Notes: generated by a model from the sequence alone, not told the origin. A stretch of 61,848 bases of DNA from Reclinomonas americana ATCC 50394 (GCA_048213135.1 PS015384.1:1-61848); one strand, 5' to 3'; positions 12,679 through 24,932 are shown, numbered from the stretch's first letter. Numbers and translations are program-made.

Positions 12679-15600
12679 ATGAGGTGAGTGATGCGACCTC
12701 CCTTGTCTTCTCTCATTCCCTCTGTCTCTCTCCCTCACACACAAACACTCACTCACTGTGCACGTTGACACGACCGCAGCGACCTGGTTGGACAGGTTCG
12801 TCATGAGTGATCTTTGCATTCTCTCACTCAATCTCCGCTCACTGTGTGACTCGGCGAACAGCTCATGGAGATGGGCTACGATCGCGAGCGCGCAGAGATT
12901 GCCGCCTCGTCATCGCGCGACATCAACGAGGCACTGAGCATGCTCAATGTTTCGTCGGAGTATTGACTATGCTCCGCATCATCCTTCCCTCACGTTGTCG
13001 CCAACAACAGGGCGAGACAGAGGCCCCCAAGCCGCCAACCCCGCCACCACCACCACCACCACCAGCTGCGTCAGAGAAGACTGCAGCGGCGCCTCCTGCG
13101 GTGCTTGATCGTGTGCTGGTCGATGATGACGCGGGAGAGTCGTACCACTCGGTGGCGAGCTCGGCACCGGAGGGGGTGCCAGTGGGCGCGGTGAGTGTGC
13201 CGGGAGTCATGGACCACGGCGAGCATGCAGTGTCGGCGGTGAATCTGCGACGCGCACACTTGCTGTCGCCGGCGCGGCTGCGTGAGTATGGGTTGCATGA
13301 GCAGGCGGCGGAAGTGGAGGCCAGAGCAGCAGCAGCTGCTGCTGCTGCTGCTGGTGACTGTGCGTGGCTCCTCCTTGTCTCTCTGATCGTGGTCAATGGT
13401 CGCTGATGTGTAGGTGTGCATCGGTGTAGCTGCTGGTACCACAATGTCGAGTGTGGCGAGTGAGGACGATGACTCGGCGCGATCGTTTGTGCCGCTGCGT
13501 GTGCGTCCGCACATGCCTGTGTCGGTGGTGATTGATGAAGTGGCGAATCGGGGCCTCTGGCCGGCCGCCTCGCAGAAAGTGGTCGTCGGTCAGCTGTCGG
13601 AGAATGTTGCGTTCGTTGTCATCAGGTGTTTGTGTTATTGTGGCTCGTCCTTTACTTACGAGCTCCGCGCAGTTTATCTTCACGGTGGAGGCGCTGTTGG
13701 CCGACTGGATGATGCTGCCGGCTTGTGCGTCTCGTGTGCCTCTTTGACGGTGTTTTTCTCTGCACGGTGAATGACGCTGATTTGCAGACGGCATCAAGCG
13801 ACCTGTGTTGCTGGCGATTCGAGACTATCTGTGCGCCACGCTTGACGCAGACACACTGCGCAAGGTGCATGCTTGTTCCGCGTCGTTACACACACAGCAC
13901 CAGTTGCTCGCTCACTGATACAAACTCATAGCACTCGCATCTCGCCGTGGCGGATCCCGATGCGACGGTGGCCGCCATCACTACCCTGCTGACCTCGCAG
14001 ACGACACTGCCGCCTGCCGCCCTTCTCATGGCAGCATCGGCGACGGTGGCTCACAGTGGCGTGACAGCGGCGCTGGCCAACCAGATGCAGGGCGCGTCGC
14101 GCACCACCCCTGCGGCTCCAGCATCCGTGCCGCCTGCGGGTGCCTCGCAAGTGTCACAGGATACGGTCTCGTTGACCTCCACCACTGCGGCAGAGGCTCG
14201 CTCGGCCGCTCGTCGTGCAGAGCCCGACACGACACTGGAGGATCTCGTGCAGATCATTGATGCGTGCTCCAGGGGGCTGGAGGTGCACTTGACAGGTGAG
14301 TGGTGGCATTCGCACATCCGCCCTGTGTTACTAGTCATTGAGTCGATGCCACGCGCTGCAGACAATGTGCTTGGTCGCGGGAGCTTTGGTGAAGTGGTGT
14401 TGGGATTCATCGAGACGGACCAGAATCCGGCCGGACATGTGGAGGTGGCAGTGAAGCGCATCCCGGTCGGTGGCGCGCGGTCGTCTGGTCAGCTGCGCGA
14501 CGTGGCGAATGAGATTGAGTTGTTGTCGAACCTCACCGGTCATCGTAATCTCGTGCAACTGTTTGGTGCGTTTTTTTGGGGGAGATCTGTGCGACCTCAG
14601 GAGAGCGTCGCAGCCTCATCCGTGGTTCGCTCCCTGCAGATGTGCAGTACGACGAGAAGCGTTCCGAGGTCCTCTTCGTGATGGAGCTGTGCACCGGAAA
14701 CGCACTCTCCGACTACATTCACGACTACTACGAGGAGCACGAGGGTGGTCAGATTCCGCTGGAGACCATTCGCGACTTTACCTCACAGCTGCTGTGGTAC
14801 GTCTGCGTCTGTTGTGGGAGTGATTCATTGTGCATACATGTTTTTCTGATTAGTGTTTTGCAGGGGCCTGTTTTGCCTGCACGACAACTTTGTCATTCAT
14901 CGCGATGTGCGTGTGTGTCCACTGCCAGTCGTAGGTTCGCCGAATGCTCACGCGTCTGAGTTGCTGTGCAGCTCAAACCGGCCAATGTGCTGCTCACTGA
15001 GGATGCCGACTCGGTGATTCTCAAGCTGGCAGACTTTGGGCAAAGCAAGATGATGGAGCAGACGACAGAGACGGCCACGGAGAATCGCGGCACGCCAGCG
15101 TACTGGGCACCGTTTCGTGCCCCCCGTACTCCCCCCCGATCTCACACGTCGCTCTCGTCTGACATTATGCACCAGGGAGATTTGCGTCGGCAAGCAGGGC
15201 AGCAAGAGTCACCGCTACGGCTTGCGTGCCGACGTGTGGAGTCTCGGTTGTGTGGTGCTGGAGATGGCCACCGGCAGCCGTCCGTATCCCTCGTACAACA
15301 AGGCAAGTGCTCCGCTTGTAGAATTGGCGCAAGTTCGCTCCCGTGTTCACGTCGTGCCTGCAGTTCCAAATCGTCACCGCTCACATGCGCGGTGAGCTGC
15401 CAGAGATTCCGGCGTCGTTGCCGGAGCAGCTGCAGTCGTTCCTGCGCGAGTGCCTGCAAGGGTGAGGTCGCGCAGTGCATGCGACAATCATGCCTCTTTG
15501 TTGACCACTCTGCAGTGATCCCAAGAAACGGCCGTCGGTGGCCGAGCTCATGACGCATCCGTTTGTGGTGGAGAGCTGGGAAGACATTGACGAGGTGCAG

Positions 15601-16488
15601 GATGCTGCTGACCGAGCCACCCACCTTAGACGCCGCTCCGAACCCGAGCCCGCTGAACCCGAGGCTGCTGCATCGCCCGTCGTAACATCGTCACTCGCGA
15701 CCGACAGTGCTTCCTCGGCTGCAGCTGACGCAGAGGTGTGTGTCGGTCCTCTCTCTCTCCCGACGCGTTGCAAGTTATTGTGAGCCTCATGTGCATTCGC
15801 GGGCACAGAGCTCGGTGCTGCGCACCGAGGTGCGTGTGCAAACGTCCAAGGAGCTGACGCAATTTATGAATCGACTGCGACTGGAGGAGACGCAGCGTCG
15901 ACAAGAGTACGAAGAGGTTCCGTGAAGCTGTCTGTCTCTTTCTTTCTCTTCCCTGCTATTGACACGGCCGTGTGGCAGGCGTTCCGCAAACTCGCTGCCG
16001 AGAGGCGTGAAGTGGAGATGCAGCAGTCACGTGTTGCTGCGCAGCTGGACCTGGTCAAGCGGGAGAGAGAGCTGCTGGAGGAGGAGCGCAAACTAGCGCG
16101 CGAGGAGCACGAGCGTTGCGTTGTCTCGTGGGCGACGAGTCCGTGATTCGAGGAAAAATGTTCCTGACGATGCCCTCCGTCGACAGAGTACATCGCAGAC
16201 ACGGAGCGTGCACGACGAGACTGGAATGCCGACGAGGAACGGCGACAGAGGCTCATTGCGTTTGAGTTGTGGAGCAAGGTGCGCCGACCTGTGCTTGCGT
16301 GCATGCGCCGACGACACGCAAATCAATGTTCGCTGATCCAAAACCTCGCACAGCAAAATCAAGCCATCCGCAATGCCGCGCCCGGGCAGACCATCATGTT
16401 CCAGGGCAGCAACCATTTCGTGCCACCAAAGGGTCCCTTCAATGTGCCCTTCCCCGCGAAGCCGCAGACGCGACCGACTCCCCGTTAG
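12679..16488 (+). CDS. Ser/Thr protein kinase, STE11/MEKK-like, with N-terminal UBA domain, SAM-like segment and C-terminal coiled coil
   Basis: Spliced product has LGRGSFG, VAVK, IHRDLKPANVLL, LADFG, GTPAYWAPE and ADVWSLGCVVLEMATG. The N-terminus MSDLVGQLMEMGYDRERAEIAASSSRDINEALSMLN is built from exons 12679-12683, 12780-12795 and 12862-12948. Ends QTRPTPR*. Confidence 0.85.
15303..15363 (+). other. GC-AG intron (AAG|GCAAGT...TGCAG)
   Basis: This donor keeps the kinase frame PYPSYNK|FQIVTAHMRGELPEIP; the GT at 15307 shifts the frame. Confidence 0.85.
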
Positions 16489-16673
16489 TAACACAACAAG
16501 CAAGTGTACAATGTGGGTGATGTCGTGATATAGCTACACAGCAACAATAACAACAGCAACAACACAAGGGAGAGAAAACAAACACAGTCCACACGATCTT
16601 GTTTTCGTGGCTGCAGGCAACAACATGAACAAGGAACAAACAACAACAACAACAACATTTTCCCACCAACACA

Positions 16674-17282
16674 TCACAAGACCACACAGTCCTTGTTGCG
16701 CCGGCTTTCCTCGTCCTTCTTTTTCGAGGCCCAGTGCGTATCCGCTTGGAACGCCTGTACTGCGCGCTCCAGCTGACCGTCATGCTCGTCCAGGTAGTAA
16801 CTGCACGCAGGGTGGATTCATGATCAGCACCGACAATAACAACAACGAGTCACGCTTTGCGGCACGAAACTTGGCCTCCTCGCGTGTCGCATTCGTCTCC
16901 TTCATAAACTGCCTGACGAGCGCCGCTCGTTGCATAGCAGCCACCACCTCTGGCGACTGCGGCGGCGGAGTGGGCACTGCCGACGCCAGCGCCGTGGGAA
17001 TGAGAATCACCGGACGCTGAAGCAGCACATCGAGATTGCCGACACACGAATTNNNNNNNNNNNNNNNNNNNNNNNNNNNNNNNNNNNNNNNNNNNNNNNN
17101 NNNNNNNNNNNNNNNNNNNNNNNNNNNNNNNNNNNNNNNNCAGTCATACTCCTTGTCTCTCTTTCTCACGAAACTTGCGCCGGCAGCTGTGAGCTCTTTG
17201 CGTCGCTGCCCTCGAGCAGGTTGCGCTCAAAGATGGTGGCCAGCTCCGTGTCTTGGCCGGTCGATAGTCGCCGACGCAACAT
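16674..17282 (-). CDS. Small protein with probable LysM domain (mostly in gap), UBA-like domain and C-terminal CAAX box
   Basis: MLRRRLSTGQDTELATIFE...[gap]...NSCVGNLDVLLQRPVILIP...LVRQFMKETNATREEANYYLDEHDGQLERAVQAFQADTHW...NKDCVVL*. Confidence 0.65.
17053..17140. other. Assembly gap (N run)
   Basis: N characters. Confidence 1.
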
Positions 17283-17337
17283 CTGTGGGAAAACGAAAAA
17301 CGCGGACAATGGACAAATGGACAGCCGGAAAAACGCA

Positions 17338-17345
17338 TGACGTCA
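17338..17345. promoter_or_regulatory. TGACGTCA palindrome (CRE/ATF-type bZIP site) in a 199-nt divergent intergenic region
   Basis: Exact 8-mer between ATGs at 17282 (-) and 17482 (+), with CCAAT about 20 nt downstream. Function is not demonstrable from sequence. Confidence 0.3.
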
Positions 17346-17481
17346 TTTGTGGGGCGTTGATCCAATCCGCATTTGGTGGAGAAGCAAAGTGCGTTGTGCA
17401 GAACGGCGCAGCAATTCACCTTCTTGTCTCACTTTCTCCGCGCACTCTCTCTCTCTTTACCTTTTCACACAGAGTGAGAAC

Positions 17482-20400
17482 ATGAGTGCGGCATCTCGCA
17501 AGACCAGTTCGGCGGGAGCAGTGGCGGGAGGCGTTTCATCGGCGTCGGCATCGGGATCGCCTGGAGTGTCGCCGAGTGCGGCCACGGTGAATGTGGCCAG
17601 TGGATCAGGCAGTGGCAGTGGCAGTGGCGGCGGAGGTGGCGGAGCGGGGGCAGAGGGGCTGGAGGACGGCGATGGCATGGTGTTGGACATTTTCGAGAGC
17701 CTGTGGAAGAAGAACTCGGATGTTGCGTGCGTGCTTGATGGCACTACAAGGAGGGGTAACAGAGAGAAAAGAGAGAGGCGTTGGGCGATGTTTCTGTTTC
17801 TGCTGGTGTCAGGGATCCGATCCTGTTTCCCGCGCTCTCTCTCTCCCTCGCTGCTGTCTCACACTGGTGATCGCGCGTGTGCAGTTGACGAGTTGCCCGG
17901 GTGTGCGGATTCCCGATACAGTGGTGGTGCGTCCCCTCGCCCTCTCTCGCTCCTTCTCACGCTTTGTATTCACGTCCGATTCATGCATGCGTTAACACTA
18001 TTTCCCCTCTTGTCGTGTCTCCAGTATGGCCACAACTATGCACGGTGAGCTTGTCTATTGCCTGCCACTCTCTCCCTCTCAATTCTTCTCTTGTTTCGCT
18101 GATGGCTTGTGTGCAGAAACTGGTACTTTTACGACTCTCGTGCGGGTATGTTGAACAAAAAGGTGAAGAAGGAGCTGGACGCGAAGGTCATCTTTGAATC
18201 GTTCCGCAAGTCCGGCTCGCGTGATTGCGAGGTTGTGGCGCAGTACCACTCGTTCAACGAGGGTGGTGGACCGATTTCCATTGATTTCCTCACCGAGGAG
18301 GGACTTGGTGCGTTGCTGTGTGGATGGATGCGCAGTCTCGGGATGCAGGGTGGCCGACAATGTGTTTTTGTGCGCGTGCAGAGGAGTTCCTCTTCCGGCG
18401 AGATGAGAAGCAGGCACAGGGCATGCTGCAGAAGTTTGTCATTCCGAAGGGCGAGCACAATGGTGCGTGCTCTGGATGTGAATGCCTTGGTGTGGTTCGC
18501 GGTGGGTTGCTGACTGCCAGTCACCGCAGCCGTCATCCAGGCAGTGTGGACGCCGCGCGTGTGCATGGTTGAGCGTCGTGTCAACATTAACAAGCTGAGC
18601 GACCGACGCACTCCCATCCAGGAGAAGATCCTCACTTTTGAGGGCAGCTGGAAGAACACGCAAGAGAGTGCGTGTGGCCGAGTGTGTTCCGACTCACGTC
18701 CTCCACTGACTCTGTACTCCATTCAACAGTCTTGTGTTCACCCGTGGTCACTGAGCGCGTCAAGTCGATTTGCCAGGCCGTCGTGCAGCACGTTGCCGAT
18801 GTTCGCCACAAGCACATTAGCCGCATGGTGCTGTCGTTCAAGATCGACTCGCACGACACGCTGTGGCTGCTCTCGTGCACGTGCATGCGGTTCTTCTCCA
18901 AGGTAGTTTGGCGTCACGAATGCTCCATCGTGTGTCGATGCATCATCTCACATGCGTGCCAGAGCGACCCCAACTCCGACAAGGTGCCCGTGAATCTCAC
19001 GCCTTCGTACCGCATCAATCCAATCAAGGGCTCTGCCACAACGGCCGCGGCGGCGGCAGCTTCTGGTGCGACCAACCCCGACATACCACCCGTGCTGTGC
19101 TCCTCGTGCTCCAAGCCCACCGATCCCATGATGTGCCGGGTGACCTTTGACAAGGTCCTCGGCCATTACCGCGCCCTCGGTGCATTCCTCGGTGCGTACC
19201 TGCGTCTGTCTCTCCATGTTCTACACAGCAGTCGCTGACTTGCAAACCCGCTCGCACAGTGCACACAGCGGCGACTGAAGAGTTGGATGTGCCCGACGTG
19301 CAGCTGGCGTCGCAGCCTCCGCCGCGTGGTGCGTTTTTTTCTCTCTCACTGTTGGTGTCACATTCCATCCACCTTGTGTGTCTCACTCCTCTCCGCCTCT
19401 CGCGCAGTGCGCAAGGGTGCACGGTCACCTCCTCCGGCGGGCGACGGCGCCTCCGCGCCTTCCACCCCCTCTGCCGACCCAACACCACCGACCGGCGGTC
19501 TGGTGGAGAGGGAACCAGTGAGCGAGTCGTCGTCGCAGGCCGCCGACAGCGAGGAGGAGGAAGAGGAGGAGGAGTCTCGGAGACCTACATTCCTGCGTCG
19601 CGGTGATGGTGGAGCGGAACCCGAGCTCTCGGATGCCGATCGCAAGATTCTGGACGCGGCGTTTGCGCAGCTGGTTTGTTACACCAGCGCAGAGTGGGGA
19701 AGAGGCATGAAGGCCTCACTGCCTTGTGTGTCCTCTACAGGACGACATTGTGTACAATGCGTACAGCCACTTTTTGCGATCGAACCAGGAGTTCGTCTTC
19801 CGCATGCCACAGCTGCCGTCGTCGGTGGAACCGCGCGCGCTCGAGTCCGTGTTTGGCAATGTCAACATGCGAGAGCTCTCGGACCGACCCGGCTTCTTCG
19901 CCATGGGCAAGGAGGGGCGCGTCAGCATTGGCATGCTGCAGGCTCGCGTGGATCGTTTGAAGAATGCGCTCCTGCACGGCGTCAGTGGCTCACGGGTAAG
20001 TCGCTGTCTCTACACACGCACGTGTGTCTCTCTCCTTCCATCATTGTGTCTGATCATGAGGTCGCGTGCAGCACAAGCATACCCGCAAAGTGGTGGAAAC
20101 CGTTGAAGAGGTACGCCTTTTCTCTTTCCTATTATATGCCGGCGACACCAGTGCGCTGATGGACTCTTCATTCCCCTGCAGGATTCGCTGGAGACCAGCC
20201 ACGAGGGTCAAGTGCCACAAATCGTCAAGTACTTCTTGCCGGGAATCACATACGAGGATTTTACTGCGTTGGACATGACGCAACCACTGGCGCTCGACCA
20301 GGTCGCCAATGTGTGCCTGCCGTGCTTCCTCCAATTCACCCAACACGATGCCGCCGGCTCGGGCTCCGCGGCCGATCGCCACAGCCGACGAGTGCGTTTT

Positions 20401-20652
20401 ACTAGACGTTTTTTTCGCTTCCTCTCGCCTTCTGCTTAACAACCGTGTCTATTGCAGATGTCGCCACACCGTTCCAGCGCTCCGCCACCCGTGGCCGTGC
20501 GCGTCAATCTGTCACATACAATGCCGGCGCGGCCCAAATCCGGCCCGTCCTCGCGCAGTCCGCTGCGTCGGCGGGCCAGCCCACTGGCCGCCGCTCACCG
20601 ACCCTCCTCGTCGCCCACGCTGGTGCCCGTGCGCTTGCAGAGCACCATGTGA
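17482..20652 (+). CDS. Conserved-looking uncharacterised protein with degenerate ATP-grasp-like N-terminal domain and CxxC pairs
   Basis: Spliced frame: IFESLWKKNSD|LTSCPGVRIPDTVV|YGHNYAR|NWYFY...GMLQKFVIPKGEHN|AVIQAVWTP...ERRVN...LTFEG...RMVLSFKIDSHDTLWLL; later CSSC and VCLPC; ends VRLQSTM*. Confidence 0.75.
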
Positions 20653-20699
20653 GGATGTTCACATGTGTACGCCCTCTCTTCTCACCGCGTAATGTAAAG

Positions 20700-21906
20700 T
20701 TACTTGCTGTCAGTGTCGGTGGTGGTAGTGGTCGTCGTCGTCGAGGAGGAAGGCGACGGAGGAGCGACTGCTGTCGCGTCCAGCAGTGGCCGTAAAATGC
20801 GTCGCCGTGCGTTGGTGAACCACGTACGAACTTGTGACGGCGTCATGTTGCTCAGTCGAATCAGCAGCTCACGCTCCGACGGCGTCGGGTACGGGTTCTC
20901 GTAGTGCGTAAACAGCCAGTTCTTCAGCACATCGGTGCGGCGTCCAGACGAGCCTCCACGTTGCGCACTCGCCGTCGGCGATGTCACCACCGGCATCACG
21001 TGCACGTGCACGGGGCCACCATCGCCAGCTGCTGTCTCCGCCGCCAGCAACGATGCCGCCAGTCGTGCCGTGCTAGCCGCACGCTCCGTGACACTGTCAT
21101 TCGCACTGCTACTCTCCCCAACAAACACAACATCATCGTCATCAGCATCAGCATCCGCATCCGCATCCGCATCCGCATCAGCATCGTCAACAGCGGCGGT
21201 AGCGGCATCGTCGACAGAATCCTTTCTCCACTGCACAGTCAGCCGTCGCCGCGAGCGAACGTTGACGAACCTATTACATACGCCACACATTAGCGACCAA
21301 TGTAGCGAGAAGAGCCGGAGAAAGATGGACATACCAATTATTCACGGTGGCCAGTGGCAGGCTGCACACCTCTGCCAGCTCCTTCTTCTCGCTGTCCGTA
21401 GGGTACGGATACTCATAGTTTACGCGCAACCACAGCTCCAGCACCTCCACCGCCGCCTCCGGGAGCGACGATCGACGGTGTCTGGGCGGACGTTTCTCGC
21501 CTGCACCAACTCCAGTCAACAAACACTCTCACCATCACACATCCTGCACATGATGCATCACACCTTCTTCAGCAACAACCCACGCCGGTGGTATTGGCGG
21601 CGGCACTAGTACAGGTGCCGACGTTGACGCCCGCGGCCGAAATCGCACATGGTGGAACCGCAGTGGATTGCTCTCACTGTGTGCTATCCGCATGTGCCGC
21701 ACCCACTCGATGGCGCCACTCACGGCGACGGCACACACGGGACACGCAGCGCACTCTAGCAGCTCCGGGTGCGCCTTGCCCACATGCACACCGACAACGC
21801 GTGAGTCAGTGGAGGGACGGAAGTTGCACAGTGAGTGGCCACCAGCAGGCCACAGGAAGTCGTTGACACTCCTCAGCGACAGCGGGCATTGATAGTGCGT
21901 GCTCAT
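20700..21906 (-). CDS. Transcription factor with C2H2 zinc finger(s) and two TALE-class homeodomains
   Basis: CPVCAVAVSGAIEWVRHMRIAH (Cx2Cx12Hx4H); HD1 LELWLRVNYEYPYPTDSEKKELAEVCSLPLATVNNW|FVNVRSRR; HD2 LKNWLFTHYENPYPTPSERELLIRLSNMTPSQVRTWFTNARRRIL. Both have the TALE PYP loop. Two GT-AG introns join these in frame. The start could lie further upstream in the gap. Confidence 0.88.
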
Positions 21907-22029
21907 ATGCGTCTGCCTCAACGTGGATGGGTGGAGGACAGATACCGACCGCTCGCCAACAGCAATCTGTCCCAGCAGCGTCTTTGTGTGAGAATGCTGT
22001 CGGCCTTCTCCCCGAGTGTGGCGCACTTT

Positions 22030-22770
22030 NNNNNNNNNNNNNNNNNNNNNNNNNNNNNNNNNNNNNNNNNNNNNNNNNNNNNNNNNNNNNNNNNNNNNNN
22101 NNNNNNNNNNNNNNNNNNNNNNNNNNNNNNNNNNNNNNNNNNNNNNNNNNNNNNNNNNNNNNNNNNNNNNNNNNNNNNNNNNNNNNNNNNNNNNNNNNNN
22201 NNNNNNNNNNNNNNNNNNNNNNNNNNNNNNNNNNNNNNNNNNNNNNNNNNNNNNNNNNNNNNNNNNNNNNNNNNNNNNNNNNNNNNNNNNNNNNNNNNNN
22301 NNNNNNNNNNNNNNNNNNNNNNNNNNNNNNNNNNNNNNNNNNNNNNNNNNNNNNNNNNNNNNNNNNNNNNNNNNNNNNNNNNNNNNNNNNNNNNNNNNNN
22401 NNNNNNNNNNNNNNNNNNNNNNNNNNNNNNNNNNNNNNNNNNNNNNNNNNNNNNNNNNNNNNNNNNNNNNNNNNNNNNNNNNNNNNNNNNNNNNNNNNNN
22501 NNNNNNNNNNNNNNNNNNNNNNNNNNNNNNNNNNNNNNNNNNNNNNNNNNNNNNNNNNNNNNNNNNNNNNNNNNNNNNNNNNNNNNNNNNNNNNNNNNNN
22601 NNNNNNNNNNNNNNNNNNNNNNNNNNNNNNNNNNNNNNNNNNNNNNNNNNNNNNNNNNNNNNNNNNNNNNNNNNNNNNNNNNNNNNNNNNNNNNNNNNNN
22701 NNNNNNNNNNNNNNNNNNNNNNNNNNNNNNNNNNNNNNNNNNNNNNNNNNNNNNNNNNNNNNNNNNNNNN
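22030..22770. other. Assembly gap (N run)
   Basis: N characters. Confidence 1.
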
Positions 22771-24878
22771 TGTGTCGGTCGATCGTCGTGTGTTGGAGTG
22801 GGATCTCATGTCCAAGGAGCTGCTGAGGTTGGTGTCACTCTGTGTGCATCTACGTGCATGTCTGCCGTGGCATCTGACGTGCGTTTTTTTGTAATATCGG
22901 CAGCTCATTCAAGGGCGGCAAGACTGCGCTGTCGGCCGTGTGCATTGATCCGAGTGGAAGCCACCTGCTGGTGGCCTCGTCGCGCATCAAGATGTGGGAC
23001 GTCACCTCCAAGTCCAAGCAGCAGAGGTGCGCTGCGTTGTCTACCCCCCTCTTTCCTCCCACTGGATTCTCACTCGGTCATGTGGGTGCATGCAGTTTTG
23101 CTGGACACCCGAGCAGCGTGCAGTTTATGAAGTTCCTGCAGTCGGGCGACAGCTTCGTGTCGGCGGCGCACGACCGTTTTGTGAGCATGTGGCGATGTGA
23201 GGATTCCTCCGAGTCTGCGGTTCCGCTGGTGGCCGATGCGAATCCTGTCGGCCTCGCCGTGTCGCCGCCAAGCGACTCGGTGAGTGCCGTCACCTATCAG
23301 TGGCCTGTGTAAGATGCGTGTGCGACTGACTGTCTCTGTGCAGAACGAGTGCCATGTCGCGTGCCCCACTGAGAGTGGCACCATTTGCGTATGGCGGGTG
23401 GTAGATGGAGCGGTGGATGGGCAGAAGCCGTCGGGTTCAGTGCTCACTGGTTCCCTGGAGAGCGCCACATCGGTGCGGCGCAGTCGTGGACTCGTCTTTT
23501 CTCGCTCCTCGCTGAAGCGCGCATGTGACTCGATGCAGATCCTGAACTGTGCCTTTGATGGATTCGGTCGTCTCTTGGTGGCACATGGACCGATCGTGAA
23601 GCCGGTCATCGAGGCAGTGGTGCGTGGAGAAATGATGTGCTGGCGATCGTCTTTGTCACTGCAGTCTCACACTGCGTGTACCGCTTTGCAGGCATACTTT
23701 GATGCGGAGACGGGCGAATTCAACGAGCACGTTGAGCTGGCGAGCGCAGCACCGGTACTGTCTCTTTTCATGTTCCCTAAGCGTTCCATTTCATGATCTC
23801 TGCTGACATTGCTGGTCTGTTGTGTGTTGCAGCAAACAACCACGGTTGTGCTCGGTGGCGTCACAATGCCCAAGATGAAACGTGGTGCTCCGGAGCAGGT
23901 GATTACGCAGGCTGAGATGGTTCTTCCCGACATGATGATGGCATTGGATGGCGGCGCATCGGCGGAGGCCGACAGCGCTGCCGCTTCGAGCAACCCAGCA
24001 CCCTCGAAACGCAAGAAGCAAGGTCAGCGCAGTGTGCGACAGGGAGAGAGAAGGGGTAAGAGTTTGTGCTCACTTTTTTNNNNNNNNNNNNNNNNNNNNN
24101 NNNNNNNNNNNNNNNNNNNNNNNNNNNNNNNNNNNNNNNNNNNNNNNNNNNNNNNNNNNNNNNNNNNNNNNNNNNNNNNNNNNNNNNNNNNNNNNNNNNN
24201 NNNNNNNNNNNNNNNNNNNNNNNNNNNNNNNNNNNNNNNNNNNNNNNNNNNNNNNNNNNNNNNNNNNNNNNNNNNNNNNNNNNNNNNNNNNNNNNNNNNN
24301 NNNNNNNNNNNNNNNNNNNNNNNNNNNNNNNNNNNNNNNNNNNNNNNNNNNNNNNNNNNNNNNNNNNNNNNNNNNNNNNNNNNNNNNNNNNNNNNNNNNN
24401 NNNNNNNNNNNNNNNNNNNNNNNNNNNNNNNNNNNNNNNNNNNNNNNNNNNNNNNNNNNNNNNNNNNNNNNNNNNNNNNNNNNNNNNNNNNNNNNNNNNN
24501 NNNNNNNNNNNNNNNNNNNNNNNNNNNNNNNNNNNNNNNNNNNNNNNNNNNNNNNNNNNNNNNNNNNNNNNNNNNNNNNNNNNNNNNNNNNNNNNNNNNN
24601 NNNNNNNNNNNNNNNNNNNNNNNNNNNNNNNNNNNNNNNNNNNNNNNNNNNNNNNNNNNNNNNNNNNNNNNNNNNNNNNNNNNNNNNNNNNNNNNNNNNN
24701 NNNNNNNNNNNNNNNNNNNNNNNNNNNNNNNNNNNNNNNNNNNNNNNNNNNNNNNNNNNNNNNNNNNNNNNNNNNNNNNNNNNNNNNNNNNNNNNNNNNN
24801 NNNNNNNNNNNNNNNNNNNNNNNNNNNNNNNNNNNNNNNNNNNNNNNNNNNNNNNNNNNNNNNTCGTACCACTCGTAC

Positions 24879-24932
<54 letters not shown>

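Noticed and set aside
12496-12831. Minus-strand ORF MSERMQRSLM...
   Set aside because: Antisense shadow of the kinase 5' exons and introns; the plus strand gives a UBA motif with proper splice sites.
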